Source: Spirochaetota bacterium (GTDB taxonomy: Bacteria > Spirochaetota > UBA4802 > UBA5550). From it: 64,000 bases of DNA. Positions 1 through 9,985 of the stretch are shown here, piece by piece (the first letter of the stretch is position 1; every line of letters begins with the position of its first letter). Both the position numbers and the translations under genes were made by a program. The stretch is taken from assembly GCA_963664815.2 (NCBI GenBank), contig CAXXHB010000003.1, positions 1,856,001-1,920,000 on the forward strand, read 5' to 3'. Under the pieces are notes generated by a model that saw only the letters and a program-made list of their open reading frames with translations, was not told the DNA's origin and ran no database searches.

Positions 1-470
1 GTATAACAGAGATCAACAGCTCTTCATTGATTGAGCAGATCAAGCCTACTGCCGAAGAGATTCCGGAAGGATATATGTTCGGCCAGGTGCCAAAGTTTGC
101 ACAGAATGTTCTGAAAAACAATCCATGGAGTCTTGATAAGGATGCAATAAAGAGAATGACCGGCAGAATATATCCCGGTGGCGAATATACTAAAGTATCA
201 GATCTGCATATGTCAATAATTACAAATAAAAACAAGCCATATGGTTCTGATATGGGGTGCTATATATTTATATTCAGGGATAAAAAAGCGGCTCAGGAAG
301 AGTTAATGAAACTCAAAGAGTATGTAAACAATAATAGCGACAGGTCGATTATAATTGATAAGAGCAATCTTGCAGTATATCTATACGTTAACAATACAAA
401 GAATTTCGAGTATATAAAAACAATATCCGGAATAATGAAGAAAAGAATGGATAAATTACCTGTTCTTTAA
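1..470 (+). CDS. Hypothetical protein, probably 5'-truncated by the window edge
   Basis: The frame of ORF 27..470 is open back to position 3 (ata aca gag atc aac agc tct tca ttg), so the true start is probably upstream. No recognisable motif. Confidence 0.6.
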   Translation, partial: ITEINSSSLIEQIKPTAEEIPEGYMFGQVPKFAQNVLKNNPWSLDKDAIKRMTGRIYPGGEYTKVSDLHMSIITNKNKPYGSDMGCYIFIFRDKKAAQEELMKLKEYVNNNSDRSIIIDKSNLAVYLYVNNTKNFEYIKTISGIMKKRMDKLPVL

Positions 471-893
471 ATGATAAATGGCAGATATTTATGTTTTAGT
501 TATCTATTTATCTGCCGGTGCGGACTCGCTTATCTTAAAAAACTGCTGGACTTTTATGAATAATATGCAGAGGCTTATTTTTCCCTTCCATAGATGAACT
601 TTATATTAACTTTATATTAACTTTCAAATAAATCTTTTAATCTTGCAACAGCCCCGGTATTTGTTGTATCATGATAGAAATTTTCAGGCCTCACTTATTT
701 TAACTCCTTATTTGTTTTAATTAAAATATCGCTTATAACCGGGAAAAAGTCTAAAAGTAAATGGCTTTTAATAAAAAAGGTGAATATTAATCAGGCAGTA
801 AATTTTTAAATGCTTTTGTGATACATATAGAACTTTAAATAATTCAGTACATCAGCAGAGGGACATGGATGAATCAGGCAATCATTATTATCA

Positions 894-3353
894 TCAGCTT
901 GTTTTGAAGAATTCCAGCTGTGCTTTCATGCTTTCGGCCTGCGCGCTTATCTCCTCTGCGGATGATGCAATTTCCTCCGCTCCCGATGCCTGGGACTGTG
1001 TCTGTTCATTAATCTGATTCATTGTTTTTGCTATTTCCTGCTGGGTTACAGTCTGTTCGTGTGTGGATGTGGAAATATTGTCAGACATCTCCATGACCTG
1101 TCTTGTTGCAATAGTAACTTCTTCACCCGCCTTTGCCTGGGTTTCGCTTGATCGCGCAATTTTCTGTACAAGCTCCTTTGTATCATTTATAAATGTAATA
1201 ATATTTTCAAGAGCCTTTGATGTATCGCTGATATCCTGCTTCCCCTGTTTTGCGGATTTAACACCGCGGGAAACAAGATTTGTTATATTTTTTGCCGATT
1301 CAGCTGTCTGATCCGCCAGTTTTCCTATTTCGTCGGCGACAACTGCAAATCCTCTTCCATGATCACCCGCTCTTGCTGCTTCAATTGCCGCATTCAGCGC
1401 CAGGAGGTTTACCTGGTCAGATATATCGCTTATCAGTGTGACCATTTCTGCAATTTTCAGGGAATTCTCCTCAATGCTGTTCATCCCTGCAATTGTATTC
1501 TGCATCAGTTCATTGCCTTTCATTGCTTCATTATTTGTATTATTGGCAACCTTCAGGGCCGATACTGCGTCGGAATTAATCAGGCTTATAAGCTGTCCAA
1601 GTTCTTCGATGGATTGATAAGTCTTTTTAGCGTGATCGGACTGAAGTTTTGAATTGTCGGAAATATTTTCATTTGATGCAGATATCTCTTCCAGTGATGC
1701 TGTTGCCTCTTCCACGGCCGCTGCCTGTGCCTGTGCACTGTCGGCAAGGGATGAGCTTGTAGACGAAAGTTCAACTGCAGATACCGAAAGCTGGTTAGCT
1801 GAGTTTAAAGCTGATGTAATAACTTCTGTTATCTTATCCTGGAACCTTTTCATATTCTGTATCATGTTGCCGAATTCATCAGGGAGAAAATCGTCTACGC
1901 GGGCCGTAAGGTCTCCATCTGCAAGCTTTCTGAATACCCTGATTGTATTTTTAATCGGCTGAGAAAAGCCCATACCAATGCGGTAAATAATAAAAGTTAC
2001 AACAACTCCCACGAATAAAAGGAAACATGACAATCGTACTATAATGTCATCAACCTGTTCCATCACATGTTTCTGATAGCTGATAGAAACAAGGTAGTGT
2101 CCCGTGGTATTGATCCTGATTTTTCTGAATGAAACCGATTTGCCATTAATAATATACTCATGAAAATCTTTATCCGTGTTTCTGACAAATTCATTTATAT
2201 CACGGCCATCTTCATCTTTTATATCCTTGCCTATAGTCTTTCCTATGAACTCCGGCTGTGGATGATAAATTACTTTTCCCTTATCGGTAATAATCATATA
2301 CATCGTCTGATTCTTTGAACTTACCCTGTTAAGCATGTCTTCAATGGAAGTGATATTAATAGAGTGTGCTATACCTCCGGCTGTTTTGCCATTTACAACT
2401 GCAGGCACTGCGCATGCTATTACCTGTTTCCCCGTTGATCTGCTTATAATGATTTCAGACCATTTGGGTTCACCGCTTGAAACTGCCTCTCTGAGGTAGT
2501 CCCTGTCTGCAAGAGAAACAGTTTTCCCCAGACTGTTATATGTAATATAGTCATTCCTGAAAAAATAAAGCAGGGCGCTGTCCTTTGATATCCTGTTCTG
2601 ATAAAGCTTTTCGGCAAGACGCAGGGCATCTTTGTCTGACAGTGCAGATGGTGAAATAAAATTGAGGCAGGTTTTAAGCTCATTTTCGGTTGTTTTAAAG
2701 ATACTGTCTATCTTGGCCGTCGTTGCCTCGGCCTGGAGCGCAGTTGCCTCTTTATAAGTCTCTATGCTGCGGTTGACATTTGTTGAATAGATTCCAAGGG
2801 CAATAAAAAGAAATGTTAATATCATAAATGAAAGTATCGGCGCCAGAAGTTTTTCAAAAACAGCAAGCGGTCTCATCGGTAAAACTGAGGTAAAGGGATA
2901 GATGATTATCATTGCTCTGTAGTAATGATATAATGAAATACCTATATTTAAAAAAATTCCAATTACTATAAAGAAAACTGACTGATATATTGTATAGAAA
3001 ATATGAAGTTTAAATCCGAGGAACCCTGTAACAAAGGAGAGTATAACAAGGAGTGAAGATATAAATACTGTCATGTATGTCGGGAATCTGACAGCAAACT
3101 TAACTGATTGCTCATCATCGGCGCCTTTTTCAGCAGAATTTAAAAGTTTATTTACCAGAAGACGGTAAAGAAAAACCGAACATAAGATAAGCGGAATTGA
3201 TGGCAATAAAAATGTGACTGATATCCTTATTGCTGGTTTTATCCCGACACCAATCATAAGCAGCAGCATCATAAATACAGGGTGCAGGATAATCATCAAA
3301 AGATAGTTTTTTATCAGTTGTAAATATATTGATTTTGATTCTTCAGTTTGCAT
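894..3353 (-). CDS. Methyl-accepting chemotaxis protein (extra N-terminal TM segments, dCache-like sensor, HAMP, MCP signalling domain)
   Basis: Hairpin-tip motif ISDQVNLLALNAAIEAARAGDHGRGFAVVADEIGKLA; HAMP-like LADGDLT..DEFG; Cache motifs DRDYLREA, IISRSTGK, GKVIYHP. Confidence 0.95.
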   Translation of the reverse strand: MQTEESKSIYLQLIKNYLLMIILHPVFMMLLLMIGVGIKPAIRISVTFLLPSIPLILCSVFLYRLLVNKLLNSAEKGADDEQSVKFAVRFPTYMTVFISSLLVILSFVTGFLGFKLHIFYTIYQSVFFIVIGIFLNIGISLYHYYRAMIIIYPFTSVLPMRPLAVFEKLLAPILSFMILTFLFIALGIYSTNVNRSIETYKEATALQAEATTAKIDSIFKTTENELKTCLNFISPSALSDKDALRLAEKLYQNRISKDSALLYFFRNDYITYNSLGKTVSLADRDYLREAVSSGEPKWSEIIISRSTGKQVIACAVPAVVNGKTAGGIAHSINITSIEDMLNRVSSKNQTMYMIITDKGKVIYHPQPEFIGKTIGKDIKDEDGRDINEFVRNTDKDFHEYIINGKSVSFRKIRINTTGHYLVSISYQKHVMEQVDDIIVRLSCFLLFVGVVVTFIIYRIGMGFSQPIKNTIRVFRKLADGDLTARVDDFLPDEFGNMIQNMKRFQDKITEVITSALNSANQLSVSAVELSSTSSSLADSAQAQAAAVEEATASLEEISASNENISDNSKLQSDHAKKTYQSIEELGQLISLINSDAVSALKVANNTNNEAMKGNELMQNTIAGMNSIEENSLKIAEMVTLISDISDQVNLLALNAAIEAARAGDHGRGFAVVADEIGKLADQTAESAKNITNLVSRGVKSAKQGKQDISDTSKALENIITFINDTKELVQKIARSSETQAKAGEEVTIATRQVMEMSDNISTSTHEQTVTQQEIAKTMNQINEQTQSQASGAEEIASSAEEISAQAESMKAQLEFFKTS

Positions 3354-3663
3354 CTCGATACTCCATGATGGACAATGACAGTTATTTCTGAATTAAATAA
3401 CTGTTTAATTTATTAACACTATGCTTAAAGTATACAATATTTCACAAATAATTGTGTAAATATAAAATCAATCTTTTTTTAAAAAGTTCAGGTTGTTTTT
3501 GATACTGAACTATATTGGATATAATCTTAATTTATTAAGATATATACGATATAAGAGGAGAAGATCCATGAAAGCTGTTTAAGGTGAATGGCGGTTTAAT
3601 CTGTTTCGGGAGGATGTTGTACGGATTTAACAGCATCCTTCACCGGCATGGAAGCAATCTGTC

Positions 3664-5277
3664 CTAACTTGCCTCCATCTCCAGGGTCTGATCATTATGT
3701 TCAATACTGACAAGAAACCTGGCCCTTGGATTTTTATCCTTGGCTATCTGCAGTGTAAATTTATTGTCAGGTATAAAAACCATGTTGTTATTTTTATCAG
3801 CAAAGAGGCAGTGGTACCTGAAGCCTGTCAGGTCTTTAATGTCTTCTTTATCTTCAAACTTGACCCAGACTGCCTTGTAGCCGTTTATAGGTGAGAAATT
3901 GCAGCTTGCCCCGAATTCATTAAGAAGCCTGTATTTGATTACATCGAACTGCAGCTGCCCCACGACTCCTATCACCTTTCTCTGCCCCGGATTCTGGGTG
4001 AACAGCTGTGCAAGCCCCTCATCGGTTAACTGGTTGAGACCTTTTTCAAGCTGTTTCGCTTTGTATGGGTCGGTGTTCCTGACCTCGCAGAAATGTTCCG
4101 GAGAAAATCTCGGAATTCCTTTATACATAAATGAATCACCCTCGGTAAGCGTATCCCCGATCTTGAAAATACCTGAATCGTAAAGACCTATAACATCTCC
4201 CGGATAGGCATCTTCTATAAGGCTTTTATCCTGCGCCATGAAGTTTGCAGGGTTCGGAAATTTGATGTCCCTGTCAAGGCGTACATGGTGATAGAATTTG
4301 TTTCTTTCAAACTTTCCGGAGCATACCCTCAGGAAAGCGATCCGGTCCCTGTGTCTTGGGTCGAGATTCGCGTGAATTTTAAATACAAATCCGCTGAATT
4401 TCTCTTCGGATGGTTCCACAATACCACTGGTTGTTTCGCGTGACTGCGGGTGGGGAGCTATCTCTATAAAAGTATCAAGTAGTTCCTTTACACCGAAGTT
4501 ATTGACAGCGCTTCCGAAAAAGACCGGAGCAAGCATTCCGGAAAGATAATCCTCTGTGTTGAATTTATCGTAGATACTCTCCACAAGTTCAATTTCATCG
4601 CGAAGCTTTATCGCATCATGACCTATAACGGTATCTATCTCGGGATCATCAAGTCCATCGAATGATTTTACTTCATTCTGATCCTCAATCTGGCTTTTCC
4701 CTGATTTGAAGAAATTAAACGAATTTCTGTAAATGTTATAAACTCCCTTGAACGAACTCCCCATTCCTACAGGCCAGCTTAAGGGGCGTACGTTTATATC
4801 AAGATCTTTTTCAAGTTCATCAAGAAGCTCGATAGGGAGTTTCCCGTCACGGTCCATCTTGTTTATAAAGATAATAACAGGATAGTTTCTTAAACGGCAT
4901 ACCTCCATAAGCTTTCTGGTCTGTTCCTCCACACCTTTAACGCTGTCTATAACGAGTATAACGCTGTCAACGGCCGTAAGTGTCCTGTATGTATCCTCTG
5001 CAAAATCCTTATGCCCCGGAGTATCAAGCAGGTTTATGATATGGTCCCTGTAGTTGAATGACAGCACTGAGGTCGTAACAGAGATACCCCTCTGCTTTTC
5101 AATCTCCATAAAATCGGAAGTTGCGGTTTTTTTTATTTTATTCGATTTTACAGCTCCTGCTATCTGTATTGCGCCGCTATATAAAAGTAGTTTTTCTGTT
5201 AATGTCGTTTTTCCTGCGTCAGGGTGACTTATAATTGCGAAAGTCTTTCTCCTGCTGATTTCTTTGATTAAACTCAT
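3664..5277 (-). CDS. prfC: Peptide chain release factor 3
   Basis: [77 protein letters not shown]. Start placed at MSLIKE (5277) rather than 5307. Confidence 0.97.
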   Translation of the reverse strand: MSLIKEISRRKTFAIISHPDAGKTTLTEKLLLYSGAIQIAGAVKSNKIKKTATSDFMEIEKQRGISVTTSVLSFNYRDHIINLLDTPGHKDFAEDTYRTLTAVDSVILVIDSVKGVEEQTRKLMEVCRLRNYPVIIFINKMDRDGKLPIELLDELEKDLDINVRPLSWPVGMGSSFKGVYNIYRNSFNFFKSGKSQIEDQNEVKSFDGLDDPEIDTVIGHDAIKLRDEIELVESIYDKFNTEDYLSGMLAPVFFGSAVNNFGVKELLDTFIEIAPHPQSRETTSGIVEPSEEKFSGFVFKIHANLDPRHRDRIAFLRVCSGKFERNKFYHHVRLDRDIKFPNPANFMAQDKSLIEDAYPGDVIGLYDSGIFKIGDTLTEGDSFMYKGIPRFSPEHFCEVRNTDPYKAKQLEKGLNQLTDEGLAQLFTQNPGQRKVIGVVGQLQFDVIKYRLLNEFGASCNFSPINGYKAVWVKFEDKEDIKDLTGFRYHCLFADKNNNMVFIPDNKFTLQIAKDKNPRARFLVSIEHNDQTLEMEAS

Positions 5278-5784
5278 TTTAAACCTTGTTCCTGGAATAA
5301 TATGCAATCTCAGGGAGTTTATTTAACAATGGAGTAAATATTGCTTCCCGGACCTTTTAAACCCATCAGGCAGATAAAAATATCGGTACTGCTGAGATGA
5401 GGAGATAATTTTACATTGGCGGATTCTGTCAACAAACAAAAAGAGAGTTTAAGGCAACATACACCGTATATGGACCTGAGGCAATTGATTCAGCTGGCTA
5501 TGACCGGTAATTTATTTTTAGGCAACATGAGTTGTAAAATATTAAACTATAAGGAGATTTTTTTATCGATTTTCATTCTATATAACGATTTATTTATTAT
5601 ATTATATATAGAAAATAATTCGTTAATGACCGGTGTTTAATTCTGTAAGACGATGTAATCATTATTTTTTACCTGAGAATAGACATGTTTTGCAGGGGCC
5701 GGCAGATTTTTTAACAGAATAATTTCAGGAATGTATGAATGAATATTATTAAATATGATATTATATAAACGGATGAGGTGAAAG

Positions 5785-5988
5785 ATGCAGAAAACCTACA
5801 AGTGTAAAAACAATCATAAGTTTAAAAAGGATGAAGCCCCGGGTGTCATATGCCCGACATGTAATGAACCTGCAGAAATGGTTAAATGGCAGAACGTGGA
5901 CTCCCTTGAAGCAAATAAAAAGGGGCTTGGTTTAATGGAAGAGTTCGGTTCCGTTGTAAAAGAACTGAAGGGCGGCAAAAGAAAATAG
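5785..5988 (+). CDS. Small putative zinc-ribbon protein
   Basis: CKNNH...CPTC ligand pattern; GAGGTG RBS just upstream of the ATG. Confidence 0.7.
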   Translation: MQKTYKCKNNHKFKKDEAPGVICPTCNEPAEMVKWQNVDSLEANKKGLGLMEEFGSVVKELKGGKRK

Positions 5989-6138
5989 CTTATTTATCCG
6001 GATTGACTGGAGTTTATACTTGTGAATTAATTATTGACATTAAAAGATAAAAGATTAATTAGATACAGGGAAAGATATAGCTGATTTTAAAAGAATATAC
6101 ATTTATGTATATTATAAGGATTCAGTCCGGAAACCTAA

Positions 6139-7410
6139 ATGAAATATAACAATGTTATACTTAGCCAGTGTCTTGAGGCCCTGGGGCTTGTGCTTGAATA
6201 TGATCTGAATGACAATTCAGCTCATCAGCATGCTATCAGGGTGGGAGAGATGTGTGCTATCATTGCGGAAAAAGTCGGACTAGCCCCTGACAAAATCCAG
6301 CAGATTTATTATGCCGGTCTTATCCATGATATAGGTAAAATAGCTATAGATATTAATATCCTCGGCCAGAAGAGAGAGTTGACGAAGGAAGAATTTGAAA
6401 TTGTTAAAACACATTCTGTAACCGGGGGGAAAATTGCTGCAACACTTCCGGAGCTCAGCGATCTGGCATTCTGGATAAGGTGGCACCATGAAAAATGGGA
6501 TGGAACCGGATACCCGGATGGATTAGCAGGGGCCGAGATACCAATTGAGGTGCAGATACTCAGCGCTGTAGACTGCTTCGATTCACTTCAGACATCGAGG
6601 CTTGACAGGGAAAAACTCTCCGCAGAAGAATCTGAGCGTGTCATCAAAGAGCAGAGGGGGACATCCTTTAATCCGGTTATAGTCGACATGATATCAGATA
6701 TGATCTGGAAAAAAGAAATTGTTCCGGGAAAGTCATCAGATAAGTTCCTTCAGATAAAAGAGAAATATATAAACAGGGATTATATAAGCGGTCCCGATGA
6801 TTCCTGGACAGGCTGGGGTATGTCCGGCATTTACCCTATATTGAAACTTTTTGCCAGGGTAATTGATGCTAAACATGGTTATACGCAGGGGCATTCCACA
6901 AGGGTGTCGATACTTTCAAAATTTATAGCCAAGAAAGCGGGGCTCCCTGCCGCCGATGTTATAAAAGTTGAAATTGCCGGCCTTCTGCATGATGCCGGAA
7001 AAATAAGCATCCCGCACGATGTTCTTGATAAAAAGAACACTCCCGATTCAAATGAATGGGAAATAATTAAAAACCATCCGATGCATTCTTATAACATTCT
7101 GAAAAATATCAATCTGATGAATGAAATAGCGGATATAACAAAACAGCATCATGAAAGGCTCGATGGTTCCGGTTATCCAAATGGTTACAGTGAAAACAAA
7201 ATAGATCTCCTGGCGCAGATAATAGCAATATCTGATTCATTCGACGCAATGACAAGCAACCGTGCATATCGCGAGATGTGCAATGTGGAATCGGCTTTTC
7301 GTGATCTGATTAAAGGTTCAGGCACACTTTATAATAGTGAATTCGTCAAAGTACTTACGGGTACACCGGCTTATTATATCAAAGCGCTTTTTGATATGAA
7401 TATAGATTGA
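6139..7410 (+). CDS. Tandem HD-GYP domain protein (putative cyclic dinucleotide phosphodiesterase)
   Basis: Two complete motif sets: HDIGK/HHEKWDGTGYP/VDCFD and HDAGK/HHERLDGSGYP/SDSFD. Confidence 0.92.
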   Translation: MKYNNVILSQCLEALGLVLEYDLNDNSAHQHAIRVGEMCAIIAEKVGLAPDKIQQIYYAGLIHDIGKIAIDINILGQKRELTKEEFEIVKTHSVTGGKIAATLPELSDLAFWIRWHHEKWDGTGYPDGLAGAEIPIEVQILSAVDCFDSLQTSRLDREKLSAEESERVIKEQRGTSFNPVIVDMISDMIWKKEIVPGKSSDKFLQIKEKYINRDYISGPDDSWTGWGMSGIYPILKLFARVIDAKHGYTQGHSTRVSILSKFIAKKAGLPAADVIKVEIAGLLHDAGKISIPHDVLDKKNTPDSNEWEIIKNHPMHSYNILKNINLMNEIADITKQHHERLDGSGYPNGYSENKIDLLAQIIAISDSFDAMTSNRAYREMCNVESAFRDLIKGSGTLYNSEFVKVLTGTPAYYIKALFDMNID

Positions 7411-7521
7411 TGAAGTTCTTCAGGCTGCATTAACCTCTTTCATGAAACGACTATTTAAAGATATAAATTTTCCGGCGTTAAGACTTTAATATGTATTTTA
7501 TTGAAACTCTCTGAATTAATA

Positions 7522-8166
7522 TTACCGGAATATAAGTCTGATGGTTTCTTCAGAAGCATATCCCTCTTCATAGATATATTTTGTCTCAATTTTTACATCA
7601 GTGTTTGAGTGTTTTATATTATGGCCGATAAGCCTCATCCGTTCATCGTATACCGGTTTCATAATCATGATATATTTATCCGTTTTATTGAATATAATGA
7701 GGTCTGTTAAACCGTTTTTATATCTGAAATCTATTGTCTGGAACAGGATATTCCCGGGTTTATAATAACTGACTTTATCAATTTTATTATCAGTGTAATT
7801 TATCCTTACATATTCAAGAAGTATCTCCTGTGGTGAATAAACCTCTTCACCGTAAATAAGGCCCGTTTCATTATAATAATACCTTCTTGTCTTAATCAAA
7901 ATACCTGAGGGATCATATGATCTTTCAAGCATCAGTCTGTTTTCCGGATTGTACTTGTACCTGGAATAATCTGTAAGCCGGCCGCTGCTGAAGGATGACA
8001 TCTTTATAACATATCCATTTTTGTTATATTCGATTTTAACTGTCGATGATAGATGTGATTCGACGTAAAACTGCAATTCACATGGCCTTGTATTAATATC
8101 GCTCCCGTTAAGAACGGATGATAAAATGAATGTTAATAAAATAATATAAACAGATCGCAGTTTCAA
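7522..8166 (-). CDS. Hypothetical exported protein with Tyr-rich beta-strand repeats (YD/MORN-variant-like)
   Basis: Hydrophobic N-terminal signal; recurring Y.Y..(N/G)..I patterns; TTG start after GAGG. Confidence 0.6.
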   Translation of the reverse strand: MKLRSVYIILLTFILSSVLNGSDINTRPCELQFYVESHLSSTVKIEYNKNGYVIKMSSFSSGRLTDYSRYKYNPENRLMLERSYDPSGILIKTRRYYYNETGLIYGEEVYSPQEILLEYVRINYTDNKIDKVSYYKPGNILFQTIDFRYKNGLTDLIIFNKTDKYIMIMKPVYDERMRLIGHNIKHSNTDVKIETKYIYEEGYASEETIRLIFR

Positions 8167-8184
8167 TTCAGTACCTCTCAGGAC

Positions 8185-8838
8185 TTATAATAGTTTCAGT
8201 AAATCAGAGGGCGCTTTTATCATCATTCTGGCGCCATGTTCCATAAGTTCATCGGCATTTCTGAATCCCCATAAAGCCCCAACCGGGTACATGCCGGCGT
8301 TTATTGCAGTTTCCATATCTGATCCTGAATCACCGAGATAGATTATTTCATCAGGTGATATGCCGAGAATGCTTATAATTTCAAATGCAGATGCCGGGTC
8401 AGGCTTGCGGGGGATGTTTTCCCGTTCTCCAAAAACAGCTTCGAATTTCCACCGTCCAAGGAATTTATCAACTATCTTCAGTGTAAGTGCATGCATCTTG
8501 TTTGAAAGTACTGCAAGCTTTAAGCCATTGGCGGTAAGTTCATCGAGAAGTTCCGGTATGCCTTCATAAGGGAGAGTTCTGTCGCCCCATCTGCTGCCGT
8601 ATTCCTCAAACATTTTGTCAAGGCATTCTTCAATTGTTGATTCATTCCTGTACTCATGTGGCAGAACATTAATTACAAGATTTCGAAGCCCTTTTCCGAC
8701 AAAATATTTATATTCAGGAATTTCGTGAATGGGTAATCCCTTTGATTCAAGAACAGCATTCATTGAATTACCAAGATCATCGATTGTGTTGAGAAGTGTT
8801 CCGTCAAGATCGAAAACAACAGCTTTATATCTGTTCAC
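8185..8838 (-). CDS. HAD family hydrolase (phosphoglycolate phosphatase-like)
   Basis: FDLDGTL, LSNK, RKPDP and YLGDSGSDM motifs. Confidence 0.92.
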   Translation of the reverse strand: MNRYKAVVFDLDGTLLNTIDDLGNSMNAVLESKGLPIHEIPEYKYFVGKGLRNLVINVLPHEYRNESTIEECLDKMFEEYGSRWGDRTLPYEGIPELLDELTANGLKLAVLSNKMHALTLKIVDKFLGRWKFEAVFGERENIPRKPDPASAFEIISILGISPDEIIYLGDSGSDMETAINAGMYPVGALWGFRNADELMEHGARMMIKAPSDLLKLL

Positions 8839-9108
8839 CGTTTTACCTTATCAGTTTATAATTAAATTAAGAAATTTTTTATAATAGAAAATGCTTCAAT
8901 CTCACCGCTACCCCTGGCGGCTGCGAGATTGTTCAGTTAAACTGTTATGAATATAAGATTGATGCAAATTATACATTTAAAGAAATAAAATCAATTGAAT
9001 TAGTAAATAGTTATGTAATTTCTGAATTTTCAGGGATTGCCGAACCTGTGCAGAGTCAGTTAAATAGAAAATTAATTTGATATTTTAGTATATTTTAAAA
9101 TATTCTAC

Positions 9109-9135
9109 TAATAAAAATCTGATAAATTCCGAAAA
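9109..9135 (+). promoter_or_regulatory. Possible sigma-28 (FliA) promoter
   Basis: TAAT-N15-TCCGAAAA against the consensus TAAA-N15-GCCGATAA, directly upstream of a FlgM-like gene. Confidence 0.4.
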
Positions 9136-9167
9136 TATAATGAGACATAACTGCAGGGAGGTGCGAT

Positions 9168-9542
9168 ATGACAGCAATTCGATTTCCTAATTCAGTTGGT
9201 ATTGGAAGCGGCGGCGGCAGAACAGACAGCCACCATGAAACCAGAGGTGTCAGGGGTTTGATTAAAAGCCATAAAAGCAGCGATGTAATTGAGATTTCAA
9301 CTGAAGCAAAAAACAGATTTGCGAAAGACAACCTTATAAGGCTTGAAAAGGTCAAGCTGATGAAGGAGGCAAAGGATTACAGGATTGAGTTAAATGAAGA
9401 GCTGAAATTCAAAGAGGCTGATCTCCGGAATGTTTACAGAATGATAAAAATATCGGATGCGAAAAGTAAACTTAAGGAAGGTTTCTTTGATCTTTATGAA
9501 GATTATATTATTAAAAAGATTATCAATAAACCGGAAATATGA
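9168..9542 (+). CDS. Small protein resembling the FlgM anti-sigma-28 family
   Basis: GGAGG RBS; low-complexity N-terminus, then DVIEISTEAK, IRLEKVKLMK and KISDAKSKLKEGFFD, matching the FlgM pattern D.v.IS..A...R.eKV..lK..I..G.Y. Confidence 0.5.
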   Translation: MTAIRFPNSVGIGSGGGRTDSHHETRGVRGLIKSHKSSDVIEISTEAKNRFAKDNLIRLEKVKLMKEAKDYRIELNEELKFKEADLRNVYRMIKISDAKSKLKEGFFDLYEDYIIKKIINKPEI

Positions 9543-9551
9543 TGTAATATT

Positions 9552-9585
9552 TCAGAATCCGGAGCCTCAGGACTCCGGATTCTGA
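9552..9585. repeat. Perfect 13-bp inverted repeat (hairpin)
   Basis: TCAGAATCCGGAG (9552-9564) / CTCCGGATTCTGA (9573-9585). Confidence 0.8.
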
Positions 9586-9595
9586 CAAGGATTGT

Positions 9596-9985
9596 ATGAT
9601 TAATAAAGATATTGTAAATTTTGCTGTTAACATTTTAGGGTGCCAGTGTGACAACAGCGTATTCAGCTCTATCGAAAAATATGACAACATTCTGCTAAAC
9701 TGCGGTATAAGGCTTAAGAATAAAATTATCATTGGTAAAAGGCTGATGATCTATATTGCCGATGAAACTTCACTCAGTCCGAAAGATGTCTGGAAAGTTA
9801 TTATTGATGGTAAAACGGAAAGAGACAGCATGATGTATAACAGGTTACGGATTGTCATTGTTGCAGACAGGATAAATGAAATCGCGCCTGTTTATTATAG
9901 TGAATTTGACGGTATTAAAGAAAAAGATGAAAGAATTCATATACATGTAATAAGGGCGGAGGACTCAATCAGGGATAATGTATGA
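9596..9985 (+). CDS. Hypothetical protein
   Basis: 129-aa ORF with an AAGGA RBS; N-terminal LGCQC motif; function unknown. Confidence 0.7.
   Translation: MINKDIVNFAVNILGCQCDNSVFSSIEKYDNILLNCGIRLKNKIIIGKRLMIYIADETSLSPKDVWKVIIDGKTERDSMMYNRLRIVIVADRINEIAPVYYSEFDGIKEKDERIHIHVIRAEDSIRDNV

Noticed and set aside
1063-2683. Short ORFs overlapping the MCP (1063..1311, 1359..1652, 1586..1774, 1654..1962, 2444..2683), and similar shadow ORFs over prfC, hflX, secA, purL, nnr, rpoD and gsp genes
   Set aside because: They lie antisense or off-frame within well-supported genes and have no motifs; this is the expected shadow of coding sequence.
3555-3599. GAGGAG followed by the mini-ORFs MKAV* and MAV* on the + strand
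   Set aside because: No downstream + strand gene to regulate, and too short to distinguish from chance.
5450-5512. GGACCTGAG...CTATGAC segment resembling P2 of a c-di-GMP-I riboswitch upstream of the HD-GYP locus
   Set aside because: The GGCAAAC..GAAA..GACGCAAA core is absent; an Rfam scan would be needed to revive it.
5416-5640. 74-aa ORF in the prfC / zinc-ribbon divergent region
   Set aside because: TTG start, low-complexity AT-rich C-terminus, and it overlaps the probable promoters of both neighbours.
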